Shown: positions 63,609-64,000 of the stretch, piece after piece
How the letters are laid out: each line of letters begins with the position of its first letter
How positions within the stretch are numbered: the first letter of the stretch is position 1
DNA from: Alphaproteobacteria bacterium
Lineage (GTDB): Bacteria > Pseudomonadota > Alphaproteobacteria > GCA-2731375
Length of the DNA: 64,000 bases
Direction of reading: 5' to 3'
NCBI GenBank assembly: GCA_965225945.1
Contig: CBDDBZ010000037.1
Coordinates: forward strand, 288,001 to 352,000
Program-made: the position numbers and the translations under genes
The notes under the pieces: generated by a model
Databases searched by the model: none
What the model saw: the letters and a program-made list of their open reading frames with translations, nothing else
What the model was told of the DNA's origin: nothing

Positions 63609-64000
63609 TCAATATGTCGCGACGGTCACATCCGTTCGGGAGAAATCATCGCCCTTGAACAACAGGGGGACCGAGAGATCCTGGGCCAGGGCGTAAGCGA
63701 AGCAGTCGCCGAAATTCAGTCTGGCCAGATGACGCCCTCGCCCGTAACGGCGGTATGCCCGGCGTGCGATATCGGCCTGCGGAACCGTGAAGGGGACGAC
63801 CTCGATGGCGAGCTTCGCGACCAGCAGATCGAGGTCGCGCACCCCATCCTCTCCATGTCTGCGCAGCATGACGATCGTTGCCTCGAGCAGGCTGGCGGCC
63901 GATACCATCGCTTCGGGCGCGGTCGAGATGGCCCGCGTCATCCTCTCCGTCTCCGGCTCTCGTCTCAGGATCGCGATCAAGGCCGAGGTGTCGACGATCA
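63609..64000 (-). CDS. vapC: VapC PIN-domain toxin (start codon at the window edge)
   Basis: IVDTSALIAIL..E, LNFGDCFAYALA, LLFKGDDF..TD. Confidence 0.93.
   Translation of the reverse strand, partial: IVDTSALIAILRREPETERMTRAISTAPEAMVSAASLLEATIVMLRRHGEDGVRDLDLLVAKLAIEVVPFTVPQADIARRAYRRYGRGRHLARLNFGDCFAYALAQDLSVPLLFKGDDFSRTDVTVATY

Overview
High-GC (roughly two-thirds G+C by eye) alphaproteobacterial chromosome segment, inferred from the ppx-rlmE-guaB-rsmB gene order. About 0-55.6 kb is an IS-saturated accessory region and 55.6-64 kb is mostly core genes. From left to right: (1) a MacAB-type efflux operon, an ECF sigma factor with two anti-sigma-like genes, a HupE/UreJ protein and a copper amine oxidase, sharing a TGCAWCY-N16-CGTA promoter motif; (2) a tyrosine integrase beside a 3' half tRNA-Met att site; (3) about 20 IS copies or remnants (IS256, IS1595, IS21 x3, IS110 x3, IS3-like, IS481-like, IS630 x3, IS66 x2, IS5), many nested or fused; (4) three paralogous class III nucleotide cyclase genes with matching leaderless promoters; (5) an SDR/CMD/hydantoinase/aminotransferase cluster; (6) an LLM monooxygenase, rsmB, guaB, a transglutaminase-like protein, rlmE, ppx, a MetE-like gene and vapC. 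The most notable observations are an intact IS66 carrying a compact Dam-like DNA methyltransferase translationally coupled to its transposase; two IS110/IS1111 elements whose bridge-RNA guide loops can be read directly against their target and donor junctions; an ECF regulon with an atypical amine oxidase; a 14-bp target duplication; and two alternative cargo alleles in tandem between the same pair of flanking gene ends. All family assignments come from motif recognition by eye, with no database searches, and some frameshifts may be sequencing errors.
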